NCBI RefSeq assembly: GCF_000007185.1
Contig: NC_003551.1
Location: 150,001 to 182,000, forward strand
Origin: Methanopyrus kandleri AV19
Lineage (GTDB): Archaea > JAADCQ01 > Methanopyri > Methanopyrales > Methanopyraceae
Direction: 5' to 3'
Length of the DNA stretch: 32,000 nt
Shown here: piece by piece, positions 24,173-31,521 of the stretch
How the letters are laid out: every line of letters begins with the position of its first letter
Position numbering within the stretch: the first letter of the stretch is position 1
Notes under the pieces: model-generated
What the model saw: only the letters and a program-made list of their open reading frames with translations
What the model was told of the DNA's origin: nothing
The model's database searches: none
Position numbers and translations under genes: made by a program

Positions 24173-25090
24173 TTACTCCCCCTTCGAGCCGAAGATCACG
24201 TCACGATGACCCTTCAGTAGAGACGCGGCCATGGAGAACATGTAGAGCTTCCCAGGTAGGTCGACGAGTCCCTCCAGGATCTCCTCGACGTCGACGTCGG
24301 TCTCGAAGGACACCGAGGCGATCGCATCGAGGAACGCCGCACCCTGATCCAGTGCCTGCTTCGTCGGTCCGTTACACCCACGGCACGATAGTCCTCGGGA
24401 CGGACAGGCCGCTCCACATCCGGCGACCGTGGCCGGTCCCATGCACGGGTAGCCCTGTTCGAGCAGGCACTTGTCCGGGTCGGGTCGGCCCTGACCGGTG
24501 CGGAACTTGATCTCCTCGATCGGGATGTCCTCCTTCTCGCGGGGACATTCCTCGCACAGGTTCGTCGTCGGGAGTTCGGGCTCCCGGTCCTCGAGGATGG
24601 CGGTGATGACCTCAGCGATGCTCTCCGGCTTGGGAGGGCAGCCCGGCAGCATGTAGTCGACGTCGATTACCTCGGGCAGCGGCCGCACGTAGCCGAAGAG
24701 CTCCGGAACGACCTCTTCCGGAGTCTCGCCTTCGTCGTCGGTGGTCGGGGTCTCCTTGAAGACCCACTCGAGGATGTCGTCCAGTTGGTACAGGTTGGCC
24801 AGCCCGTGGACTCCACCGTAGCAGGCGCATGTCCCCACGGCGACGACGATGTCGGCGGCCTCACGGAGTTCTTCCGCGACCTCGAGATCCTCCTCGTTTC
24901 GGATGCTTCCCTCGATCACCGCTACGTTCACGTGCTCTGGGATCTCCTTCTGGTCGACTAGTACGTAGCAGTACTCGATCTCGATGGCGTCCTCCAGGAG
25001 ATCGAGTAACTTCTCGTGGAGATCGAGCAGTGACACGTGACACCCGACACAGGAGGACAGTTGAGCCGTCGCAATCGTCGCCTTACCCAT
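24173..25090 (-). CDS. vhuG: F420-non-reducing [NiFe] hydrogenase small subunit
   Basis: SSCVGCHVSLLD, GTCACYGG, LPGCPP, and a distal Cys cluster CEECP...CMGPATVAGCGAACPSRGLSCRGC. Confidence 0.9.
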   Translation of the reverse strand: MGKATIATAQLSSCVGCHVSLLDLHEKLLDLLEDAIEIEYCYVLVDQKEIPEHVNVAVIEGSIRNEEDLEVAEELREAADIVVAVGTCACYGGVHGLANLYQLDDILEWVFKETPTTDDEGETPEEVVPELFGYVRPLPEVIDVDYMLPGCPPKPESIAEVITAILEDREPELPTTNLCEECPREKEDIPIEEIKFRTGQGRPDPDKCLLEQGYPCMGPATVAGCGAACPSRGLSCRGCNGPTKQALDQGAAFLDAIASVSFETDVDVEEILEGLVDLPGKLYMFSMAASLLKGHRDVIFGSKGE

Positions 25091-25196
25091 CCCGCGCTCC
25101 CCCGGCGGTGGCCCGCGCGTGATTTAATACCGGATTGGGATTGAAGGATCGAATGCTACCCAACAGCTTCGACCGGGGGGTCCCGGAATAGCCCAT

Positions 25197-25787
25197 ATTC
25201 ACCTACCTGATGGACTGATACCGTTATGGTGGTGTGCCGTATTTTACGCTATGGCGGCCATACCGGTAGGTTTAGGGGCGCTGAGAATCCGGTCCGAGGG
25301 TCGTAAAACCATTCTGGTCGGATTGTTGGCGGGTCTCTCGTTCGTGTTCATGCAGGTGCCGATAGGCCATGCTCACGTGAACTTAACGGGACCGATCGGA
25401 ATTCTACTGGGGCCTTGGAGTTCCGCCGTGGCTGTTTTCATCGTCAACTTGGCGTGTGCCCTAATGGGACACGGAGGAATAACCATCGTCGGATTGAACA
25501 CCCTGATCAACTGGGGAGAAGCTGCCGGCGTGTGGGCACTCTACAGGCTTCTCAGGGAGAGGCTGGATTACGGTGCAGCCGCGGGGATCGCCACGTTCTC
25601 CGTCCTAGCCACATCGTCGGTGATTCCATCGTTCGTCATGGCTTGGGTTATCAACAAACCGGTACTTCCGTTCCTTCTCACACTGACCACGGTTTGGATA
25701 GTCACGGCGATCATCGAAGCCGTAATTACGGCATCGATGGTTAAGGCTCTCGCCCAAATGAAACCGGACTGGGTGAGAGATCTGTGA
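25197..25787 (+). CDS. cbiM: CbiM/NikM-type substrate-capture component of an ECF Ni/Co transporter (start codon uncertain)
   Basis: HLPDGLIPLWWCAVFYA..., later HAHVNLTGPIGILLGPW and GHGGITIVGLN. The ORF track starts at ATG 25251 and so omits the conserved metal-binding N-terminus. I place the start at ATT 25197 (alternative ATA 25188). Confidence 0.75.
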   Translation: MHLPDGLIPLWWCAVFYAMAAIPVGLGALRIRSEGRKTILVGLLAGLSFVFMQVPIGHAHVNLTGPIGILLGPWSSAVAVFIVNLACALMGHGGITIVGLNTLINWGEAAGVWALYRLLRERLDYGAAAGIATFSVLATSSVIPSFVMAWVINKPVLPFLLTLTTVWIVTAIIEAVITASMVKALAQMKPDWVRDL

Positions 25788-26476
25788 GGTTCACCGAAGC
25801 ACTGGAGTGGTCGCTGACGGCTGAGACCGTGCTCCACCGTATACACCCATGGTCGAAGTTAGTCGGGCTGATGACCACGATCTTCGCCTCGATGTTACTG
25901 TACGATCCCGAGAGCATCGCCATCCTGTCGATACCGTACCTAATCGGGTGCATCTTAGCCCGCGTTCCCGTCCGGATCCTAGCGCGGTTGTCGATACCGC
26001 CGATGGCGTTCTTGGGCGCGGTCCTGCTCCTGATGTTGCCCTCGGGCGTCCCGGGCCGCGAGGTGTTGCTGTACGCCGTTCGGGGCGCGACCGATCTCTT
26101 AGCCGTGCTCGTGACGACGCTGACGACGCCCTTCAACGCGCTGTGGTCGGCCCTCGTCGTGGTGTTCCCACCCACGCTGGCGGAGACCGGTCTCATCTTC
26201 CATCGCTCGGTGTACCGGGCGTTCGAAGAGTTGGAGGGAACGTTGAACGCGATCCGGATCCGGGGATGGAGGCTCAGGTCGATCAACGTTCTGGGATCCG
26301 TTATCGCGACTCTCTTGATTCGAAGCCACCGGAGCGCGGAACTCGTGCAGGTAAGCGTGGAGGTACGCGGGGCGACGGGTAGGGTGCGACCGTTGAAAAG
26401 ATTCGAGTTCACGCGGATAGACTTCGGATGGTTGACCATGGTGTTTTGCTCCGTGGCGTTATCGGGGGTGGTCTGA
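25784..26476 (+). CDS. cbiQ: CbiQ/EcfT transmembrane component of the ECF transporter
   Basis: Multi-TM protein with HPWSKL..., and AIRIRGWR in the conserved coupling-helix region. 4-nt overlap with cbiM. Confidence 0.8.
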   Translation: MRFTEALEWSLTAETVLHRIHPWSKLVGLMTTIFASMLLYDPESIAILSIPYLIGCILARVPVRILARLSIPPMAFLGAVLLLMLPSGVPGREVLLYAVRGATDLLAVLVTTLTTPFNALWSALVVVFPPTLAETGLIFHRSVYRAFEELEGTLNAIRIRGWRLRSINVLGSVIATLLIRSHRSAELVQVSVEVRGATGRVRPLKRFEFTRIDFGWLTMVFCSVALSGVV

Positions 26477-26477
26477 A

Positions 26478-27311
26478 ATCGGGTATGCCGTTAAGATCAA
26501 ATGCTTGACTCACGAGTATCCCGACGGCACTTGTGCTGTGTGCGGGTTGAGTCTACGAGTGAAAGAAGGTGAGTCCGTGGTTGTACTCGGACCGAACGGT
26601 TCTGGGAAGACCACTTTACTGCACCACATTCTCGGTCTGTTGACCCCCACCAAGGGACACATCCGGGTCCTAGGTCACGACTTGCCGGACGGAGTACGGG
26701 AAGTTCGGAAGCGTATAGGCGTGGTCTTCCAGGACGTCGACGACCAGCTCATCATGCCGACCGTATTGGAGGATGTGGCCTTCGGGCTAGTAAACCGCGG
26801 CATGCCGCGAGAAGAGGCGTTCGAGCGAGCCCGTGAGATCCTGGAACGGTTAGGCATTGAAGATCTGGAGGATCGGCCGCCGCAGTTCCTCAGCGGCGGA
26901 CAGAAGAGGTTGGTAGCCTTGGCGGGGGCCGTAGCTCCGGAGCCCGACCTCCTGATTCTCGACGAGCCCACCTCAGGACTCGACTTCCGCGCCACCAGAC
27001 TGTTCGTGCGACTCATCAGGGAGCTCAAGGAAGAGCTGGGGTTCACGATGATACTGACGACGTTCGACGTGGACATCGCGGCGGCGTTGGCGGAGCGCGT
27101 CGTGGTGATCCGAGAGGGGAAGACCGTGGCCGAAGGGTCTCCGGAAGACATCCTCACGGACGTCGACCTGATAAGAGAATCCGGGCTGAAACCCCCGGAG
27201 CACGTGGAACTACTCCGAAGGCTAGGAATCGAGAATCCACCGCTCGACATAAGCGAGGCGGAGGAGCTTCTGGTGGCCATGCTGGGGGAGGAGAGCCGTG
27301 GAAACCCGTAA
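26478..27311 (+). CDS. cbiO: CbiO/EcfA ATPase component (start codon uncertain)
   Basis: Walker A GPNGSGKTT, Q-loop, signature LSGGQKR, Walker B LLILDEPTSGLD. The ORF track starts at TTG 26505, which removes the first beta-strand (AVKIKCLTHEYPDG). I start at ATC 26478. Confidence 0.85.
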   Translation: MGYAVKIKCLTHEYPDGTCAVCGLSLRVKEGESVVVLGPNGSGKTTLLHHILGLLTPTKGHIRVLGHDLPDGVREVRKRIGVVFQDVDDQLIMPTVLEDVAFGLVNRGMPREEAFERAREILERLGIEDLEDRPPQFLSGGQKRLVALAGAVAPEPDLLILDEPTSGLDFRATRLFVRLIRELKEELGFTMILTTFDVDIAAALAERVVVIREGKTVAEGSPEDILTDVDLIRESGLKPPEHVELLRRLGIENPPLDISEAEELLVAMLGEESRGNP

Positions 27312-27972
27312 GCTACGGCACCCCGAGGTCGACCTGGAGGGTGAGGTGGTCCTGTTACCTGTCGGGAGCACCGAGCAACACGGTCTACACTTACCCTTGG
27401 GCACCGATCACCTCATCGCGGAGGCGCTCTGCCGGGAGGTGTCGAAGCGGACCGGAGCACCCTGGTACCCGGCGATACCCTACGGTGTATCGCGCCACCA
27501 CATGGGGTTCCCGGGTACGGTGTCGTTGAGAACGAAGACCATGGTCGCACTGCTCACGGACGTACACAGGTCGTTCCTACATCACGGGGCCGCGGCCACC
27601 TTAGCCGTCAACGGACACGGAGGAAACGAAGCCGCGTTAGGCACCGTCGCCGAGGAGGAAGAACGGTTTCATTGGATCAGTTGGTGGAAGTTAGCCCCGA
27701 TCGACGAGCTCGAGACCGACTGGGGAGGTCATGCGGACGAGCTGGAGACCTCGGTGATGCTGTACTTGCACCCGGAGCTGGTAGGAGAGGAGCGTAAAGT
27801 CGACGGGAGACCGACGAAGCCTTGGGAGTTCCCGGACTATCACGAGATCTCGGAAACCGGAACGAAGGGAGACCCACGTCCCGCCACGGCGGACAAGGGG
27901 AAGAGAATCTTCAAGACCGTCGTCGAGCGGCTGGTGGATATTGTGGAGGAACTAAGGGAAATGTACGGGTGA
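27298..27972 (+). CDS. Creatininase-family metal amidohydrolase (ArfB-like formamide hydrolase family)
   Basis: LLPVGSTEQHGLHLPLGTD, NGHGGN and GGHADELETS are motifs of the creatinine amidohydrolase fold. 14-nt overlap with cbiO. Confidence 0.75.
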   Translation: METRKLRHPEVDLEGEVVLLPVGSTEQHGLHLPLGTDHLIAEALCREVSKRTGAPWYPAIPYGVSRHHMGFPGTVSLRTKTMVALLTDVHRSFLHHGAAATLAVNGHGGNEAALGTVAEEEERFHWISWWKLAPIDELETDWGGHADELETSVMLYLHPELVGEERKVDGRPTKPWEFPDYHEISETGTKGDPRPATADKGKRIFKTVVERLVDIVEELREMYG

Positions 27973-28175
27973 TTTGGCCCGACCTCACGTTGGGGACTGC
28001 GCGGATCACCGGAACCACTTCAGGCACCCATAATGTCCGAGCGGTACGCGACCGTCTCTGGGCCGGCCTGATGCTGTGCACTAACCGACGTCCCGTGATC
28101 GCACTGGCTTATGTGGAGGCGCTGAAGGTGCTGTAATGAATCGAAGACGCCGAAAGATATCGCGGAGGAGTTCCG

Positions 28176-28400
28176 ATGATTAGGAGTCTCAGGACGCTCA
28201 AGCGGGCCGTGGTCGTGAACCCGTTGAACCCGCAATCCCTACGTGTTCTGGCTGTGGAGGTCGCAAGTGACGTCGTCACTGCAATGGCGTTCTCCGTAAG
28301 GTTCTCGCTACTGTGGATTCAGTGCGCTCCTCATGGACGGGATGACGCTGTCGAAGGAGCGGCCGGTTATGGGGAGAGTCTCAAGGGCCGTTACTGGTAG
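28176..28400 (+). CDS. Candidate small basic protein (74 aa), hypothetical
   Basis: ATG preceded by GGAGGAG at ~4 nt. Third-position GC is only moderate and there is no motif. Weak call. Confidence 0.3.
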   Translation: MIRSLRTLKRAVVVNPLNPQSLRVLAVEVASDVVTAMAFSVRFSLLWIQCAPHGRDDAVEGAAGYGESLKGRYW

Positions 28401-28460
28401 CCGCCGTCCATCTCGCTCTCACGGCATCGTTATCGGGCAAATAACGTTTCCCGCGTGGCG

Positions 28461-28778
28461 CTAAGCGAGCCGCTGGGATACCCGCTCGTAGAGTTCTTGG
28501 ACGCGTTCCTGAGCCTCCTCGTCTAGCTTCAACTCCGCGAGTTTTTTCGTCCGTTCCCACCCGGGGTACTTCGACGTGCCGAGCCTGCGAGACCTTCGGA
28601 GGGTGTACACCACGACCTCCACCGTACCGTCCTCGCCCTCCTCGGTGACGACCTCGTACCGACCTCCGGTGTGCACGATCCCTTGCATCTGCTTGATAAC
28701 GGCCGCCACGTCGTCCGGTAGCTCCTCCAGTTCCTCCTTCCGGGCGTACTTAGCGAGCACGTCGAACGCTTCCTCCAA
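28461..28778 (-). CDS. Hypothetical small acidic protein (105 aa)
   Basis: ATG-initiated ORF with host-like composition, divergent from rnhB. No motif recognised. Confidence 0.5.
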   Translation of the reverse strand: MEEAFDVLAKYARKEELEELPDDVAAVIKQMQGIVHTGGRYEVVTEEGEDGTVEVVVYTLRRSRRLGTSKYPGWERTKKLAELKLDEEAQERVQELYERVSQRLA

Positions 28779-28821
28779 CCCTCTTCCACCCCCGCTGGAG
28801 CGAAGCTTAGGGGTTCAAAAG

Positions 28822-29454
28822 ATGAGCGGTGTAATGGGTATCGATGAAGCCGGACGTGGACCCGTGTTCGGCCCTATGGTCGTGGCCGGTGTACTGGCTC
28901 CGAAGCGGGAGCTCGGCCTAGGCGCGAGAGATTCGAAGGAACTCACACGGAGTGCGCGTCGTAGACTGATCCGCGCGTTGATGTCGGACGAGCGATTAAG
29001 GGTGGACCTGAGGATAGTGTGGCCGTGGGAGATAGACGAAGAGGGCGTGGCGAAGGCGGAGTTCGAAGCTATCAGGGAGCTAGTACGCCGTGCTATGCCC
29101 GACGAGGTAATCCTGGACAAACCGGGAAACTACTCACCCGAGCGACTGCGAAGGGAGCTCGACTTGCCCGAAGGAATCAACCTAATCGCTGAAGAGAGGG
29201 CGGACGCGAAGTACGAAGTAGTTTCAGCGGCCTCGATCGTAGCCAAGACGTACCGTGACTGGATAGTAAGGCTCCTGGAGCTGGAATACGGAGAGGTCGG
29301 GTCGGGGTACCCTTCGGACCCCCGTACCGTAGATCGCCTTCGTCGGGAACTACGTCGGGGTGGTGAGTTGCTGAAGTACTTCAGACGGTCGTGGGAGACG
29401 TACAAGCGCGTTGAGAGTGAAGTGAAGCAGCGAAAGCTCGAGGACTTCTTCTGA
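28822..29454 (+). CDS. rnhB: Ribonuclease HII
   Basis: MSGVMGIDEAGRGPVFGPMVVAGV, DSKELT, AASIVAKTYRD, GSGYPSDP. The ORF-track N-terminal extension (from 28576) overlaps the opposite-strand gene and is rejected. Confidence 0.9.
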   Translation: MSGVMGIDEAGRGPVFGPMVVAGVLAPKRELGLGARDSKELTRSARRRLIRALMSDERLRVDLRIVWPWEIDEEGVAKAEFEAIRELVRRAMPDEVILDKPGNYSPERLRRELDLPEGINLIAEERADAKYEVVSAASIVAKTYRDWIVRLLELEYGEVGSGYPSDPRTVDRLRRELRRGGELLKYFRRSWETYKRVESEVKQRKLEDFF

Positions 29455-29475
29455 GCGCGCGGAGGGGGGTTAAGA

Positions 29476-30135
29476 CTGCGAATAGCAGGCCTGAGACCCG
29501 TGAGCTGCTCCGATGGCTTACCCGGTGAAGTGTGTGCGGTCCTTTGGACTCAAGGATGTCCGCTACGATGTCCATGGTGCCACAACCCGGAGACCCGCGA
29601 TCCGAACGGGGGAAAGAAGGCCGATGTCGAGACCATCTTACGGGACGTGGAGAAGTACGCCGTTTACCTGGACGCACTGATAGTGAGCGGAGGAGAACCA
29701 CTCCTGCAGCCGTGCGAGGAGCTGAAAGCGCTGGCACGTGGTGCTCGGGGCTTGGGTCTCAAGGTCGTCTTGGATACCTCCGGGTTCCCCCCGGATCGCC
29801 TCGGGAAGGTCATCTCGAGCTTCGACAGGGTAGCGCTGGACCTGAAAGCGCCTCTACGCGATGACGAGTACATGGAAGCGACTGGCGGCGGCATGACGGC
29901 TTCGGACTTCCTGAAAGCGGCCCGGATAGCACGCCGGCGATGTGACCTGGAACTGCGGATCACGGTGCATCCGTGGCTTGACGACGTGCCGAGGGTCGTG
30001 GAGGCAGTCCGGAAGGCGTCCCCCGACGTGGTGGTCGTTCAGCGATACGTCGGGGACAAGGAGGTCGGGATCGACCCCGAAGAACTCGCCGAGAAGCTCC
30101 GAGAGAGTTGTGAGAATGTCGTGGTACGGGTGTGA
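29476..30135 (+). CDS. Radical SAM enzyme of the PflA/NrdG-activase type; candidate RaSEA (archaeosine formation) by context
   Basis: The CPLRCPWCHN CX3CX2C cluster follows DGLPGEVCAVLWTQGC, and VSGGEPLL is present. Canonical GTG 29500 is possible, but an SD (GGAGGGGGGT) sits 5 nt before CTG 29476, which gives MRIAGLRPVS. Confidence 0.75.
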   Translation: MRIAGLRPVSCSDGLPGEVCAVLWTQGCPLRCPWCHNPETRDPNGGKKADVETILRDVEKYAVYLDALIVSGGEPLLQPCEELKALARGARGLGLKVVLDTSGFPPDRLGKVISSFDRVALDLKAPLRDDEYMEATGGGMTASDFLKAARIARRRCDLELRITVHPWLDDVPRVVEAVRKASPDVVVVQRYVGDKEVGIDPEELAEKLRESCENVVVRV

Positions 30136-30141
30136 TTATGT

Positions 30142-31521
30142 TTGAACGTTGCATTCGAAGTTAAGGATCGGGACGTGGCGGGCAGGCTCGGGCGTCTCGA
30201 GGTCAATGGCAGGAGACTGAAGACGCCCGCCCTGTTGCCCGTGGTTAACCCCAACAAACCCACCTTGGATCCACGGGAGATCTCCAAGCTAGGTTTCGAC
30301 GGGGTGATCACGAACGCCTACATTATCCGGAAGCACGAGCACCTACGCGAGCAGGCGCTCGAGGAAGGCGTCCATGGGCTCCTTGGGTTCGACGGGTTCG
30401 TGATGACGGATTCCGGCTCGTTCCAGCTGGCGGAGTACGGCGATGTCGAAGTATCCAACGAAGAGATCGTGCGGTTCCAAGCGAAGATCGGGTCAGATGT
30501 GGGCACTATCCTCGACGTGCCGACGCCACCCGACGCTCCGAGGTCCAGGGTCGAACGTGACCTCGAGACCACACTGAAAAGGGCTCGCGAAGCGGTGGAG
30601 CTCGACGAACACCCTCCGTTAGCTCTCACCGTCCAAGGGTCCACGTACGAGGACCTTCGGAGACTGTGCGCAGAGAAACTGGCGGAGCTGCCGGCGGCGG
30701 TGTATCCCGTGGGAGGCGTCGTACCGCTGCTGGAGGAGTACCGGTTCGTAGACGTGGTACGAGTGGTCCTAGCCGCGAAGTCCTCGCTGCCTCCACATCG
30801 CCCTGTACACCTCTTCGGTTGCGGGCATCCGCTGGCGATTCCACTCGCCGTCGCGATGGGGTGCGATCTGTTCGACTCCGCATCTTACGCTATCTACGCC
30901 AGATCGGACCGGTACATGTCCATCCTAGGTACTCTGAAGTTAGAGGAGCTGGAGACCTTCCCGTGTTCCTGCCCAGCGTGTACACGACACGATCCGGACG
31001 ACGTCCGCGAGATGGAGCCGCGAGAACGTACCCGAGTGTTGGCTACGCATAACCTCTACGAGTTGCGCAGGGTGATAGAGACCACGAGGCAGGCTATAGT
31101 GTCGGGAGAGCTATGGGAGTTGGCCGAATCGGTATGCCGAGCACATCCGCGTGCTTGGGCAGGGATGGTGGAGTTAGCGCGACGTGGAGGAGAACTGGAA
31201 CGATGGTGTCCGGCCGTAAAGCGTAGCGTGTTCGTATGCGATGAGGTCTCGAAGGGACGTCCCGAGCTACGTCTCTACCGTCGACGGCTCCGGGACAGGT
31301 TCGGCGAGCTCTCGGGGCGTAAAGTGGTGAAAGGGATAAGCAGACCCTACGCAGAGATCGTCGAGTGGTTAGAACCATGGGAGCTGGCGTTCGCCGACGA
31401 GTGGTTAGGAGTGGTACCCGGAGAACTGTCATGGTCGTACCCTTGCCACTGCCTCGTGGAGCCTAGCGGGGATGATGAGGGTGAGGACCGACGGAGGGGT
31501 GAAGAGGGTCGCAGGCGCTGA
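30142..31521 (+). CDS. tgtA: Archaeosine tRNA-guanine transglycosylase (ArcTGT), catalytic + C1 region only (no PUA)
   Basis: FEVKDRDVAGRLGRLEVNGRRLKTPALLPVVNP, MTDSGSFQ, GTILDVPTPPDAP, QGSTYEDLR, PVGGVVPLLEEYRF, HLFGCGHP, DLFDSASY, and Zn site FPCSCPAC..H. Confidence 0.85.
   Translation: MNVAFEVKDRDVAGRLGRLEVNGRRLKTPALLPVVNPNKPTLDPREISKLGFDGVITNAYIIRKHEHLREQALEEGVHGLLGFDGFVMTDSGSFQLAEYGDVEVSNEEIVRFQAKIGSDVGTILDVPTPPDAPRSRVERDLETTLKRAREAVELDEHPPLALTVQGSTYEDLRRLCAEKLAELPAAVYPVGGVVPLLEEYRFVDVVRVVLAAKSSLPPHRPVHLFGCGHPLAIPLAVAMGCDLFDSASYAIYARSDRYMSILGTLKLEELETFPCSCPACTRHDPDDVREMEPRERTRVLATHNLYELRRVIETTRQAIVSGELWELAESVCRAHPRAWAGMVELARRGGELERWCPAVKRSVFVCDEVSKGRPELRLYRRRLRDRFGELSGRKVVKGISRPYAEIVEWLEPWELAFADEWLGVVPGELSWSYPCHCLVEPSGDDEGEDRRRGEEGRRR

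Noticed and set aside
27973-28460. RNase P RNA, SRP (7S) RNA or C/D-box sRNAs in the gene-poor region
   Set aside because: I looked on both strands for the RNase P CR-I/CR-V pair (GAGGAAAGUCC ... ACAGAA..GGCUUA), the SRP helix-8 GGAA/AGCA motifs, and C(RUGAUGA)/D(CUGA) boxes with ~12-nt guide spacing. I found only partial, mis-spaced matches (for example GGCUUAU at 28106 with no 5' partner). This is not excluded, only unsupported.
28576-28821. N-terminal extension of RNase HII (ORF track start 28576)
   Set aside because: It lies antisense to the 105-aa acidic ORF and is Ser/Pro-rich. RNase HII homology (MGIDEAGRGP) starts right after ATG 28822.
29452-29475. In-frame TGA between rnhB and the radical SAM gene, considered as possible Sec/read-through fusion
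   Set aside because: The two genes share a frame, but an SD sits between them and I saw no SECIS-like GAA/A hairpin downstream. An RNase HII-radical SAM fusion makes no domain sense, so independent initiation is far more likely.
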